DNA of 64,000 nucleotides, from contig DF237047.1 in the NCBI GenBank assembly GCA_000708835.1, positions 124,001 to 188,000 on the forward strand, given 5' to 3'. How positions within the stretch are numbered: the first letter of the stretch is position 1; each line of letters begins with the position of its first letter. This document shows, piece by piece, positions 35,741-50,100 of this stretch. The DNA comes from Klebsormidium nitens. Taxonomy: Eukaryota; Plantae; Klebsormidiophyceae. The notes below the pieces were generated by a model. That model did no database searches, had not been told where the DNA came from, and saw only the letters and a list, made by a program, of their open reading frames with translations. A program made the position numbers and the translations under genes.

Positions 35741-37224
35741 GGTCAACCTGCCCCTACACAGCAGGCTCTCTCAAATGCTTCAGCCTACCTCTGCTAACCA
35801 ACTTCATGCAAATGAGTGGAGCCGTTATTCCAATTTGAGGATGGCAGTCAGCAAAAGCAGGGAGGCTAATGTGAGTAGGCCGTGGGGCTAACTTCGTCTA
35901 TGTCACGAGGAAATTCCAGCTTTTCTCCCTCTGAGCGTGTTCAATACTTGCTCGGGCTGTAAACTCCAAACACTGATTCGTAGCTTAGAGAATGCCGCTC
36001 CTTTGTCAAAATGCATGCGGTGGTGTCATTAATGCTCTGCATCCTGAGGCAGCCTTGTGAGATAGCGGTCATGCAACCACCCTGCAGCAGGCGCAACAAA
36101 GACATGGTCAGCAGGGCATCAAAAAAAATAGTTCATGCAGCCATGCAGTCAAGCCTTCTCCCTGTTGAAGAAAACTCTGTGCCACTTCTCCTCGATGTTG
36201 TCACAGCCACCTTCTGATACTTCATTTGAAGTTGAGAGCCTTCTGACAGACATGTCAGCAGCTCCAATGTCCAAAGTGAGAGGCAAAGCCGAGCATAACT
36301 AACCTCAAGCAGGACACTTGCACTTCCATGTCTTTTGATCTAATGACACAGCGATCGCCGGCTACCTGCCTTTTCCACCCACAAAATGCAGGCAATTCTC
36401 AATAGGATCAGAAACTGTGCAAATTCCGCCAGCAAAGCTGCATGTGGGCTCAACGAGATCACCACCCCAGAAGAGCCTCACCTTTGCGCAAGCGCCCTGC
36501 TTTCACCCCAGCTCCCCCCCTGATTGAGTGCCAAAGCCGGAGCGCAGCTTGTACAAGACAGGCCTTCCGCAGGGGGACGCTTTGTCGTTCACCAGGGTCC
36601 AGGAGGTGAGCGCATTTTTTAAAATTACCCCCCCTGAGTTTATTTCATCAGCGCCGTCGGATGCATTCGATTGACTTCTTGGCCTCCTACAAACCGTCGA
36701 TTGAACTCTGCAAATAAACCCCTGGAAAGAGGAAATTTGAGTGCTACAGAATCTCTAGCTGTACGCTGGAGATCTCAGGTTTGAGCTTGAACTTGGAAGT
36801 GAAGCTCTAAAGCTGCGAACTTCTCAACGACAAGGACCAGCCTGCATTATGATTGCATGCTTCTCTTGTCACTTGATATTTCCTCAAGCGCCTCCAATTT
36901 CAAGCACCTGATCAAGGCGGAAAAGCAGGGAAAAAACCTTGTGGGTGCGTTGATTTCCAGTATGGGATCACCTTTCTCATCACTGTGGGCAAGACATAAA
37001 CGCGCTGTGAAGTAGGCTCACGCCTTTCCAGGATTGCGGAGAAGGAAGGGGAAAGATTCTCCAATTGCAATTCCACCATCTCTCCAGACACAGCTAAGGA
37101 CACAGCATTCAGCAGCTACTGGGACTTTCGCTCATCTTTCTGAGCTTAGCTCAAGGGGTTTGCTTGTCCTCCAAGAGCATGAATCACCGTTGATTGGAAT
37201 CATGGCGTGCATTTGACAGTAAGC

Positions 37225-40200
37225 ATGGCGCTTCCCTCCATGGTGTGCCAGCGATGGCTGGCTCTGGTTGCGGGATTGTACCTTCAGGCGTGCGGTGGCA
37301 ATACATATTCATTTGGAATCTGGTCTGGCGCCTTCAAGGACAGAATGGGCTACAGCCAGGTAGGAATTCGTCACCCCTTCTGAGCCTGAGAATTACAGCA
37401 TTCTACTCGGATCAGCACCACTGACTGTAATTGACCACACAACTATGAGGTTGAAGCTTGCAAAGCAGATTGCCCGGTGTGAATAAGATAGAAGCGGTCT
37501 GCGTCTGATCAGAAACAGTGAAGGCTTTCCTTTTGAGATCTCTGAAGCAGGCAGCCTCTAACAAGATATGCACAGATGTAAGAGACCTGCGCCAACACCA
37601 TTTCTCAATTTCCTGTTGCAAGGCGCACCCTTTTCTTTGATTCTTCATCTGCATCATCATGCGCGAACAACTTGAAGTCATAGAGACGTGCTTTCCCAAA
37701 GTCCAAGCAGACAGGACTAACCTCACTCTTCTGCCTTCCTGTTCTGTACAGCAACTTCTCAATGCCCTCGGCACTGCAAAGGACGTTGGTGACAACGTGG
37801 GGGTAATCGCTGGCACGCTGTATGACTACCTGCCAATCTGGGCCCTTCTCCTGTGGGGATCTGCGCAAAATATCCTCGGATACGGGGGTCTGTGGCTTGC
37901 AGCGTCGGGCAGGGCACCCAAACCCCCCTTCTGGCTAGCGTGTGTACTCATCTGTGTCGGTGAGCCCTTTCATCCTTGGACTATTGGTTGTGCACCGTAT
38001 GTTCTAGCTCTCACTTCAGGAAGTAACTTCGTCTGTCCTATTGGGATAATCAAAGGCCCTACCACTCAATCAATGGCCTGAGGACATAGGCGCCAGATCC
38101 AGTTCCGTCGTGCTTCCAACTGCTGATCCTGTGCAAGGCGCACTTTCGCACATTAAAAAACACCACCATTCATTGTACCAACAGAACTAAATAGGTCCAA
38201 CTCATACTTATTATCCCCCCCTCCACTCCCTTTGCTCAATACCACTGTCTTCGTTAAGGTTTGTCTCAGAGGTTTGTTACAGAGCATTTTGATGCTATAT
38301 TCAATACCATGACCACAAACCTCAGAAACGCCTGCGCCAATCTCGTTAACACTTTTGCCGCAGGCACCAACGGGGCGACGTTCTTCCAGACGGCGGCCAT
38401 TGTGACCCTCGTCCGAAACTTCCCGTCCCACCGCGGCGCAGTTGTGGGCCTCACCAAGGGGTTTGTGGGCCTGTCAGGGGCCATCTTCACCCAAATCTAC
38501 TACGCCGCATTCGCCCCAAATCAGGTAAGACTGACTTTGGTTCGTTTGAGGACCACCAAAACCACACATTGGCCCTTCTGTTGATTCGAGGGCACTGACG
38601 ATGATGAGAACGTTGTTCCCTGCCCGACTTCAGAGAGTGAAAGGGAAGTTTTATCTGAGTTGCCGCTCTCAGCGATGGGCTTGATACTCGACCATTGCAT
38701 AAGCTGCGCGCTACTTTGGGGAGTGTAAGGAGGAATGGGAGCTTGGCGAGCCCTCCCGAGATTAAAGTTGGAATGAGAGATCAGATTACACGCAGCAATG
38801 TCGAATTTCAATACCAGATTCCGAGGCTGGGCTTTTGATTCTAAGGTGCATTTTAGCAGTCTGGTGACGCTGGAAGATCAACTGCATAAAAGTTTCACCT
38901 TCGTTTCGGACTCTGACGACTTCGCTGTCTCGTCTTCATCGTGCCCGCTTTGCGCTGACACCCATATCTAAAACTTCCCATACGCCAGGGTGCTTCTAAG
39001 CAAAGTATTATTTCCAACACCACTCCACTGCTTCTAAGCTGATTAATCTTTCCAACACCGCTTCACTTCTTTTTTTGTGCAGACCTCATTCCTCTTCCTC
39101 ATCGCTGTCGTCCCGCCCCTCTTGGCCCTCCTCTGCGCAAACATAGTCCGTCCGATCTCCCCGACCGAGTCCGAAGACGAGGAAGAAGAGGAGCACTCCA
39201 ACTTTATTTCGATCTACCTCATGGGCTTCTTCCTCGCCGCCTTTCTGCTGGTCAGCATCGTCTGGCGCGAGATGTTCAGAATCAGTCACCCGGTAAATGT
39301 CGCCATCACTACCGTGATGGTACTGATTCTCACCTCGCTGCTGCTCGTCCCGGCGAAAGAGTACTTCCTCGAGAAGCGCCAAGCTCGGACGTCAATCACG
39401 GATCTCGAGGCGCGCGGAACAGAATCAGTAGCGCTTGTCGAGAGTTCCCGTGGTACTCCAGAGCTCGATTTCGAAGCTCGGCAGCATTCGATCCACTTGC
39501 ACGACGAGGGCGATAACTGGCTCGACGTCGAGAACCGCGCCGAGAGCATTGCGTTCGGGCTGATGACCGAGGCCGGAGATGAGCCCCCCGAGAGGACGCC
39601 ACGTGGCAGCCAGGAGAGGCTGCCACGCGCCAGTTCGGAGGTTATCGACGTCGAGCAAAGAACCGAGGGCGATAAGCGATGGAGCCCTCCACGTGGCATA
39701 ACCGAGGAGTCCGACAGCTCGGAAGGGGCGGGAGAACTAGAGGGGGGATGTTATCGGATGCCAAGGATCGGGATGGACCACGGAGTGCTGGAGTCGTTTG
39801 CGACGCTCGACTTTTGGGTGCTGTTTCTGTCGACCATGTGCGGGGCGGGGTCTGGGCTGACCGCCATCAACAAGTGAGCGTTTGAGGCCACGGAAGGCTT
39901 CATTTTCAAGTGCTCGTTCATAATAGGCCTCGTTTTACCTTCAGCCGAAGATTTGTCAGGGGGCAGAGATGCTCTTAGGATCTTCTGTTCGAAATCTTTT
40001 GCGTTCGGAACGGATGCTTTGTCTGCTTATCAGCAAGAGTAAGGCATCCAGACTGAGGTTGCTGGTTATTCCGGCCGTGTGCGGGTTTGAAGTGTGTGTG
40101 GTTAGAAGAGAGTGTCCTGGCGAAAGCTCGTTCCGTCGAACTTTTTTATTTGTATCCGCTCATAGTTCGTTCGTTTCGGATTCCTTTATTCTGTTTCGCC

Positions 40201-42960
40201 GAAGTTTGGTCCTCGAAGTTCGTCCACTCCGTCCATTAAAATCGCCTTCTTAGAAGCTTGTTCACTTACCTTCAGTCAGATTCAAACGACTCGAGGGAGT
40301 TTTGTCTCCAAAGGACTTGGTACAGAATAACCCCCTCACTAACCCACGTTTCCTACCGAAGTCCGGCACACTTGGGGCACGTCCGTTCTGTCACAAGAAG
40401 ACAGCGAAAAAGCTGTCGCCGACCCATCTCAGAACAATCGACAAATTGGGGACTGTTCCGAAGCTGATTTCAAACTTGCATTTCCTGCCTGCAGTCTGAC
40501 GCAGGTAGGCACCTCCCGGGCCGTGGGCGACAGCGTCGGGCGCGTTCGTGTTGCTGATCAAAGCTGATTAAATACAATCCGCATAAACCACCCTGAAAAT
40601 CCGGGTTTACTGCTCGCAGTCTCGTGCAGATTGGCACGTTCCTTTGCGCGGGCGACAGCGTCGGCGTGTTTTGTGTTGCTGATCCATCTCACAAGGACAT
40701 GAAATCCGCTACAGCTGTCGAGCTAACCACCCTATAACCCGCGTTACCCACTCTCCTAAGCCGCATTTCTTGCCCTCAGTCTGGCGCAGGTGGGCGCGTC
40801 CCTCGGCGCGGGCGACAGCGTCGGCGCATTCGTGTCGCTGATCCGTCTTCGATATAGCTTCAGCTAACCACCCTATCACCCGCTTTAGACTAACCCGCGT
40901 TAAACAACCTACTAACCCGCTTTTCCTGCCCTCAGTCTGGCGCAGGTGGGCGCGTCCCTGGGCGCGGGCGACAGCGTCGGCGCATTTGTGTCGCTGATCA
41001 GCATCTGGAGCTTCCTCGGACGCATGGGCGCGGGTCTCGTGTCCGAGCACTACGTCCGAAAGTACGGCACCCCGCGGCCCGTCTTCTCGCTGATCACGCA
41101 GGCCATCATGGGCGTAGGTGAGACCCCGTGTTTCTTGCGGCGATCAGTTGCCGCTGGATATACCGGTAACTCTTGTGAGGCTTAACAAGCGTGTTTCCTA
41201 AGATTTGAGTTACCCATTTGCTTTTAGTTACCCAGTTCATTAAAGAAGGGGCCAAAACCAGATATTGACCGCACCGAAGCGCACCGTAATTACTACTAAC
41301 CCCAACCCGTCCTTCGGCGCGTACCGTTAGTCACACGCCTCTTAAGTCACATGAGACTCGCTAGCACTTGACGGAATCAAGGCATCGCAAGGCTCCAGCT
41401 AGATGTGTGATGGCTGCCTTTCTGATACGGAGAGATGTGTTGTGACGCCAGCGTTTCGATCGCCTTGGTGATCGAGGACCCCTATCATTGTTTTGGGGAG
41501 ACTCATTGTTGACGGGTCCTCTCTGCTCCAGATTGCTGCAGCGTTTGCTGCTCACCTCATCTCATCGGATTCTGTGCCTGTCTTTACACAACTTCTCGCC
41601 TGCTTATGTCATTTTTGTCATGCAAATATGCACCGCGATAGTCATGGCATGGAAAAGGCCTATACCGTCATCGAGCTAACACTGTTGATCCTGGGTGTAT
41701 TGTCAGATCGAATCGATCTGAAAGATGCTTCCGTATCCGCCCCCAGGGCACCTTCATTTTGCCTCCGCCTTTCTCGCCAGGTCCACGTCGCCTCTCTCGT
41801 TGTCTCTTTGCAGACCCTTCTTCCACAAAACGCCGTCCAAGTGCCCTTGCCTTAACCCATTTAGCCACGTAGTAGAACACTTATTCAAAAGCTTGTTGTT
41901 GAACCATGTTGCCAAATTTTCAAACCACGCTCTATCAAATGCGGTTTCCATCCCTCAAACAGGCCACCTTCTCTTCGCGTCCGCCCTCCCCGGCAGCCTC
42001 TACGTCGGCTCTCTTGTCGTCTTTTTGGAGAATCTTCTTTTGTTTTGCTTCTCCGAGCGTCCTATTACCGGTGTTTCAAGCGCTCCATCCATCTCCCAAC
42101 AAGCCGACCAGAGAAACATGTAACCTAGTTGTCAAGTGAAGGCTCGAACTCATACCATGTTGCCAATGTTTGAAAACACGATTTCCATCCCTCGAACAGG
42201 CCACCTTCTATTTGCATCCGCCCTCCCCGGCAGTCTCTACGTCGGCTCCCTCATCGTCGGCCTCTGCTACGGCGCGCAGTGGACGCTCATGCCCGCGATT
42301 GCGAGCGAGCTCTTTGGGCTCGCGCACTTTGGCGCCATCATGGCGTGGCAGTCCGTGGCCAACCCGTCCGGGTCCTACATTCTCTCCGTCCTAGTTGCCG
42401 GCTACCTATACGATATGGAGGCGGACCGCCAGAGCCACGTGCCCCACCCGACGGCGCACCCGGGGCTTGGCGGGACGGATCTATCGCCGTACTGGGGAGC
42501 AGTGAACGAGACGCAGCGGGAGGGGGGGTGGAAACCGTTGGGGCGGCGGATTTTGGAGACTGATTCTTCCGGGGGGGCACCTGGCAGCGGCTGGGGGGTT
42601 TCTTGGTTGTGGGCTCTTTTGGGGGGTAGTTCCGATTCGGGGGGTTCTGGATTGGGGGCGCTTCTGGGGGGTGCTTCGAGGGCTGGGGGGTCTATGTTGA
42701 GGGCGCTTTTGGGGGGGTATTCTGAAGAGCGAGTGGCGAGCAAGACGTGCATCGGTGCGCGCTGCTTCCGGCTGACGTTTATCATCATGGCGGGGGTGTG
42801 TCTTTTCGGGGTGTGTTTGAATGTATGGTTAACGATCCGCACGCGAGAGTATTACCGGGGGGTGTGGAAGGAACATGTCGAGAAGGCGGCGAATCGGGAG
42901 AGCGAGAAGGGGAGTGCCGCAGGGGAGTCGGACGTTGTGAGCGACGCGTCAAGGACATGA
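37225..42960 (+). CDS. Nodulin-like major facilitator superfamily transporter (NFD4-like), ~745 aa
   Basis: Exons 37225-37359, 37752-37959, 38364-38524, 39083-39873, 40936-41117, 42200-42960 (2238 nt). RWLALVAGLYLQACGGNTYSFGIWS, NFPSHRGAVVGLTKGFVGLSGAIFTQIY, TLDFWVLF..GSGLTAINNLAQVG, ASELFGLAHFG and CIGARCFRLTF match the plant nodulin-like MFS family. Confidence 0.92.
40480..42040 (+). repeat. Acceptor echoes upstream of MFS exons 5 and 6
   Basis: AG at 40493-4, 40618-9, 40778-9 (real 40934-5) and at 41745-6, 41961-2 (real 42198-9), each followed by a diverged copy of the exon start. Confidence 0.88.
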
Positions 42961-44109
42961 GTCAATTGTAAAAGCAAAGTAAAAAATAGCATGTTGCGTC
43001 CAAATGTCATTATAGATTGGTTACTGTGGATTCTCTTGTGTCTGTTTTGTGTATGACGGCCTTTGAAAGAGAGGCATGGCTAGCTGCTCGAATGTATTAG
43101 TGTCTGCTGAGGGAGTTCAGGTTCTGAAACGTTCCTCTTTACTGTGGCCGGTACTCAAGGTTTCGCTTGTGCTCAAGAAACTGTTTGGTGAACAGGTCAT
43201 CTTACACGTACTCATTGTTAAGGTCGCTTGTGAGTACCATGAGGTCCAATGACCAAAAGAGGATGCATACTCGCAACTTGGTTCGCTTTATTTAAATTCC
43301 ATGGCAGTGTATCAAAGCTATATGGTCGACAATCCGAAGAACGCATAAGAATTGGGCGGCGGACTCCTGGCCGGTACCGTCCCATGCAGTTTCTCCTGGC
43401 ACCGCGTGCATGTAGCCATGCTGGCATATCAATCTCATGCTATAAGTTAACCCATGAGCGGCCGGCCGCCATTCTAAAGCATATATAATTGACGCACTTC
43501 CGACGGTGTAGGTATTCATGCGCCCTATACCTAGCTAGACATGGTGCATGTGCAGGCCTGCAGCAAATGCAGGCCTCTAGAGACCTCCTCGGTTTCCTCA
43601 TACATGCAAGACCCACATGCCAGCGGCCGGCCTGCGGAAAACTAAATTCCATATGGCTGGCATGCAGAGCTTGTTTGCTTGCATGCCAGGCGCATGACCA
43701 CCGTCGTCGCACGGGGCAACCAAGTTTCGCAGACATGGAAATCTGTGTGGTATGCTTTAAGGAGGTGTGATCTAAGCAGTTCGGTCTGCCGCATGGGAAG
43801 ATTGCACCAGCCCATAACTTCAAGTCGTGTCTCCATAATGTACCATCCCATGGCAACATCAAGAAGCAAATTTGGACCATCCACTCCTGATCCCGCTGAC
43901 ATAAGTAGTCGCACAGCACGCCGCTAACCGGCACTAGTCAAGCGTTGGCGCTACCTCTCCATGTGAGACCCTTGTGATCGTTTGCCCCATCCCGCTCAAC
44001 AAGCAAATCTTGTCAGTCTGTTGCCATAGATTTCACCCCCCAACTTCGCTCAGACTCCGCCCCTCAGTCCGCTTCGTAAATCTCAACCCCCCAGTCTGCT
44101 CAGCAAAAC

Positions 44110-47100
44110 TCACGCCCCCAGCTCCTCCTCCGCACCTTCCTCCGGCTCCTCCACCTCTGGGAACAGCAGCTTGAGCACGGACATGAGCCTCGGAACCACA
44201 ACTAGATCCGCGACATTTACGCTCATCATGTCGAATGCGACGCACGTGCGGTCGGTGAAGCTCTCGTCGACGACCGGCATCTTCGGATACCGCTGGCTGA
44301 AGTGCGTCAGGATCGTACGGAACGCGCCCGCGGCCGCGCCAGCTGTCACCGCCTCGCGCGTCGTGCTGTGCCGCTTGGCGAGGGCCTCGTCCTCCAGCTC
44401 GTTGTCGAAAGTTGCCTGCAGAATAAAGGGGAGGGCTTCAAAAACAGGGCCCGGAGGATGGTTGGAGCCCGAAACGCTTCTTCCTTCCCCTTTGCAGAGA
44501 GCGGGACGAGGGCACCGGGATAGTCTGCAAATACTGGAAGAAACTTGAAAAAGGAGCACGAAAGTCTACAGCAAGTCCTTACACATTTGGGATGGATTCG
44601 AGATCGGCACGCGGGCAGGAATAAGAGAGCGAGGAGGGAGTTTCTCAGCAGTGGCCTTCGCCTGCCGTTATCAAGATGGTCAAACAAAACGAACCTTCCA
44701 AACCGACGCCCGAAATTCAACGACCCGTCCAACAATTGACAACTGCACCTAATGAAGGACCAAAGCAGTCCCTGTCCCCCATTGGAGCTGGTAAGAGCGC
44801 TTGAACCGTTATACTCTTATTTGACTCCCTGCTCCGTCCCCACACGACCGAACCCTAGACCTTTGAGAGACACAGGGCGAGTCCCCTCAAAACTATAGAG
44901 GGTAGACAATGTTTCAAGGATACAGTCACGTTCCGTCTGCAAATCAGATTCCCAAAGCAAATCTCAGGGCGGAGCGTTACCTCGTGAATGAGGACCGTGG
45001 CCCCCTGGCTCGCCTCCACAAACCTGTAAGAGTGCGTGACTCGCGCGTTCTTTTTTTCTGTGGCTCCCTGATGTCCGCCTGGATTGCCCTTCGTACGACA
45101 CATCCAAAATCTGAGAGATAGATTGAAGATCCGTCCAAGATAGAAAGACGTTGAATCTGCAAAGAAATCAAAAAATAGAGTCTCACCTCGTGAATGAAGG
45201 CTGTGGCTCCCTGGCTCGCCTCCACAAACGCTGCACACGGCCTGGTATCCCCCGAGTACGCTAGCTTCATCCCCGGCCGCTTTTCCGTTCCCTCCGTTTC
45301 CATAACCACCCCGTACGACTGCGGGCAGTGAATCACCTCGACGCTAACCAGGCTCGTTAACCCTACCCTCGACATCGCCTCGCGCATCGCCGCGCTTTCT
45401 CTAGAACCGGTGTCGAGGTCCGCCCCGATCCCAGTGAACGGCTGGAGCCCGGTTCTACTGGTCACACTCCCCCGGTTGCTATCCCCGACCGTCTGCGCGC
45501 AGTCTACGAACACCATATCCATTTTCTCGACATTATCGTACGCGGTTAAGAAGCGCCGGAGCAGCCGCGGCGCGACCACGACGAGCGGCTGCGCCGGGAG
45601 GTTTAGGGCTTCGCGCGCCACCTTGCGCGCGGCGATGATGCGCACCAGCCCCGCGTGGTGGTCCGCGTGGATGTGCGAGATCCACACCAGGTGTAAATGC
45701 GCCACCACCGTGTCGCCCAGCTTGGCGCCGTACCTGAATCGGATCTCGAGGCTTTATGGCTCTGAATGTTCGTTTTACGAACACCTGAAAACTTGGAGTT
45801 TACGCGTGGTGGTCTTCAAGAAGTCCAAAAGGGTTACTGGTGCGAGCAGTACCTGTTAGTGTTTCTGTTTGTTGACTTTCCTGAGCCCCAAAATTTCTAG
45901 ATCTCCAGGCCTGAGGGTCTCGTACTAGTCTGACATGTTCCCCGGTCGTGAAGAGGCCACCCGCAGTGGTCGTCCCGTTTCAATTTGTAAAACAGGGCGG
46001 TTCAAGTTTTGAGGTTGTTTGCAGTCAAGGACCGGAAAGGCTCTGACTTCACACGAATCTGTATAGAGGATCAATCAGGTGCAGAATACAGGATAACGAA
46101 GTAAGAAAGACATGATTAAACACGCTTTGCAGAAAAAAGCCTTGAAAAAATGGACGGAGGTCCAACTAAACCCGTCCAATTGGACGCAATATTACCCCGA
46201 ATTGCTACAATGGAATAGACAGCCGTGTACGTGTTCAAAATATAGACCCGTCCTGAATAAGAATACGGACAAATACGTAAGTCAGAGCTGGCACGAGCTG
46301 CAGCAAGTAGCTGGCGCTAGAATTTGGCGCCAACCAACCCGGGGAACGTGTCGTCCGATCAGCGAACACTCAATTTTCCATCTGCTCGTATACTACGATG
46401 AATTGCCAAGACCCTCAGCCAAAGCCTTGGATCAGCAGGGTCTTATTCAAGCTAGACCCAGAACTCAGAAACTTTCTATTCCCTCAATAAATTTGCATGA
46501 ACGACAATCACCCTCACCTCCGTTTCAGCTGCCCGTACGTCCCTTCCCCGCAATCCATCAGGAACCCGCCCCACGCAAACCGGTGGACGTATATCGCGCT
46601 CACGTTCCGGTACTTTGACGGCTGGGATGACCCCGTTCCCAGAAACACCAGCTCCATTTCTTCCCGACCCACCCCTTGTAGGCACTCCGGCACCGCCTGC
46701 TGCGACCCAGCGTCCGAAACCCCTAAATCTTTGTCCGAAACCCCTAAACCCGGGTCCGCAACTCCTAAACTCTTGTCCGGAATGGTCAAATCCTCGTCCG
46801 AAACCCGCAAAGCCGCCTCCGGAACCCCTAAACCCGCGTCCGAACGCCCGCCGTCATCGACCGTTAGCCCACGCACCCTCCACGCATCTGTCGAATCGTC
46901 CACGTTCATCGAACCGTTACCGCCCACTTCGGCACCGTTGCCGCTCGGGCCTGCGCTGGCTCCGTCTCGGGTTGCGTCTTCCGCAAACGTAAGCAACCGG
47001 GGGTCGGGACCCGCGATCCCGGACACGTCTCTCGCCGCGAGGATTGCCTCGGGGGTCGCGGTGATGACTTCGTTTTGCAATTGTTCGACGTCGAGATTGG

Positions 47101-50100
47101 CGGTGACCAGCGATTCGTCGAGGCCTTGCTGGGCGACGGGGCGCAGCGTAAACTGCAGCGAACGGAATGGCGTTTAAATAAAGGCAACGGAAGAGCTTAC
47201 CAGAAGCGACACGGAAGGGGGATACAGTGCGGTTTTTCGAACATGGTGCATAACAAGGCGTCGACCTTGTGACCAGATTACGTGAGGAACAAGCGCCCCA
47301 ATGCTGTCACCCTCGAAGCAAGTTGATATCGACCATCATCGACGTTTCTTACATACTTTTCCGTCTGCTTTTCAATGGGAGTTTTTGTTGCAGAAAACTA
47401 TATGCCCAGAAACGTCACAAGGAAGAGCAGCCCTTCTTGGTTCTCACCATGCGGCCTTATGCAGCCCTCTGCTGACATCATCCGAGCCGGTGAATCAGCA
47501 GGAGCAGTCCGCTGACGCCCGCCAAAACACCAAACACGGGGACGCAGTCTGGATGTAGAAAAATGCGAAGCAAGACCATCAAATACAGAAACACTGTACC
47601 AACTGAAAACCTAGAACCGAAGATAAGAAGAGCAAACCAGACTTCCCGGGCGTAGTCTTACTTTGAGCAGATTCTGACCCGGCACGAGGTCGACGGCGCC
47701 CGCGCTTTTCGCTACGTGGGCAGCGACCACTTCGGCGGCTTCGCCCGCCTCTCTCGCGGCCGCCTGCTGCTCCGCGGGCATGTGGAGGGGGAACACCTGC
47801 GAAGGACACGTGTCGATTCTACATTGGCTAGGCTTTGGAATTTTGAAGCGGAAACACTTGCCGGGTACTTCTTGAGTCAGTGAACAATAAGCTCTTGACT
47901 GAATCATAATCTGAAGCAAAGGTATTCGCGCTCTGCACCCGCACCCACCCAAACTGACCCCACCAGTGTTCCGGTGGCTCTTATGGTTCTTTGAGCTCAC
48001 TGTTCATGGGTCATCGGAACGCCCGTCGGCGCGTCACGCAATCAACCACTTTCGAAGCAGCACTCGGGACGGCACTAAGGATGCACTTCTTAATGTCCAA
48101 CAACCTTTGCTTGAAGTGTTAAAAGTGAGCCAAGGGAAAACCGGACTGATCCTCAAAAGCTTGATTCACTTCAGAAGTGATCTACACGCAAATCCATACC
48201 AGATTCAGACTCCGTCCGAACTCAATAGCAAAGGGGAAGTACCCTGCCGGGCCCTGCGTGAGTAAGGGACTTCCGAGAGATTTCGGGACGGCACTAGAAG
48301 TGTAAATCGCCCTTCCGTTTGAATGTTCTAAAGTGCGTCATAGGGAGATATGAAACCCCGAAGCGTGAAATTCTGAGCCCCTAACTTGGAGACAAGACTG
48401 AACCCAAACCAGGCCTAGACCCGAACCCAGACCGATTCCAAGCCGAAGCGGATCAAGATCCAAGATGGCACCAAGCCGAATAGATTGAAGCATAAATCGG
48501 AACCCAACATATTATCTCATTCCGAAGCACCGACAAACCCTCACCTCTGGAGCGATGCAGTTCAGTTTGGCGGTTAACCGCATGCTCGAGATGTAGACGG
48601 GTCGGCCCAACCCGTGGTGCCCATAACCCGCGACCACGTGTTTGGCTCCGCCCAAAGAGGCCACCCACTGCTGATACTCAGGGAGCTCCACTACGGCCGG
48701 GGGGCTCAAGTGAATCACCACGTTAGCCTGCAAAGAATTGGTTTCAAATGAATTTGTGGTCATCTCATACATGTACCGTACTGGCGATTGATTCCGGCAC
48801 AGGCTCATGATGAGTTCGTAGGCTTGCCGAAAATTCTTGATAATGTCGAGAGGCAACAGCAATTTTCTTTAGCAGGTAACAAGGGGCCTGCGGGAGTCTC
48901 GCGGGTTCTAAGAAAGACTTGTGAGGTTGAAGGGGCCGCATTGGACAGCAGTAAGGTTTTACGTCCTTCGGAAAAGGCCGCCGTTGATTGAGGTGTTGAC
49001 TATGCATCCTACTCGATGACCCGAATTTAGCAGGCGGACGTGCGATTGGTTGACCGAAAAGGCGGTGGGACGTCTGGATGCCGAGCTTCTCATCACGAGG
49101 CACGGTCAGGCTCTTGGCACTCAAGGTGTGGCTTTATATCAGTGACGAAGTGCATCCCTCAAAACGGGCATCCTTCAAATCGTTGGATCCTAAAAAGCGA
49201 GCTCGCGGGCCATTTCTTTCAGAAACGATTGATCACATACTTCTTGACTGCCCAAGCACAGAGGCGAGCATCACTTCTTTCCAAAGACCTCGACCAAGAA
49301 GACCAGCCTTTGTTTCAGCGACTTCTCAACCAAACAAATGCAGATTAGCACCGGAGCCAGCATTAACAATCTTTATCTTCACCTGCTAAACCCCGCTCTC
49401 ACCTGCTTCCCACCCTCCGCCCCCTTTTGGAACCGCGCGAGGCCCTGTGCGCCCACCAACGCACCCAAATGCGCGGGCGTCGGGCAATCCACCAGCACAA
49501 AAACAGGGCCCGATGTTGTCGGCCCCATCACATCGCTCGGCTTGATCACCTGCCCATTCGGCGCGGTCACCGTTTCCCCCTGAACAAGCCGGGAGTAATC
49601 TTTTCCAGGGGGTAAGCCCCGGGCCTTCGCTTTCCCCGGGTCGAATTTACCCGGCACGTCCGGAAGCTCGCAGATGTAAACCACCGATAGCTTGGCGTCT
49701 TCCCCCCCGCGCGGAGTCGACGTTTCCGGGGGGGGAGTTCGAGGGGAAGGGGACGGGGAAGCGGAGCCCCCCCCTTCGAGCCGGAACCGTTTCGGGTTGC
49801 TTTCGAGGATCTCATCTTCCTTCCCTCCCGCTTCGATTTGTTCCATTCCCGCGGAAGCAAGTATTTCATCACCCTCGGGTGCTAAAACGACGGAACTTAT
49901 CGTCACAAAATCGTCACGGTACACTTCTTTCGCGCCGCCGGGAGCTGACCCCGAACTTCCGGGGGGGGTGGGGGGCTGGAAGGCAACTCCCGCGTTCGCA
50001 TGTTCCGTCCCAAAGGGATCCCTCCGGAAGTCGACCGGGCCGAAACCCCCCGAAGAAGTGGTGGCTCGTCCGAGGCTGCCGTCGCGCTTGAAGCAGTAGG

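Noticed and set aside
46705-46850. AAACCCCTAAA motifs resembling telomeric repeats
   Set aside because: They have a 21-nt period, lie inside an open coding exon and are explained by a 7-aa peptide repeat.
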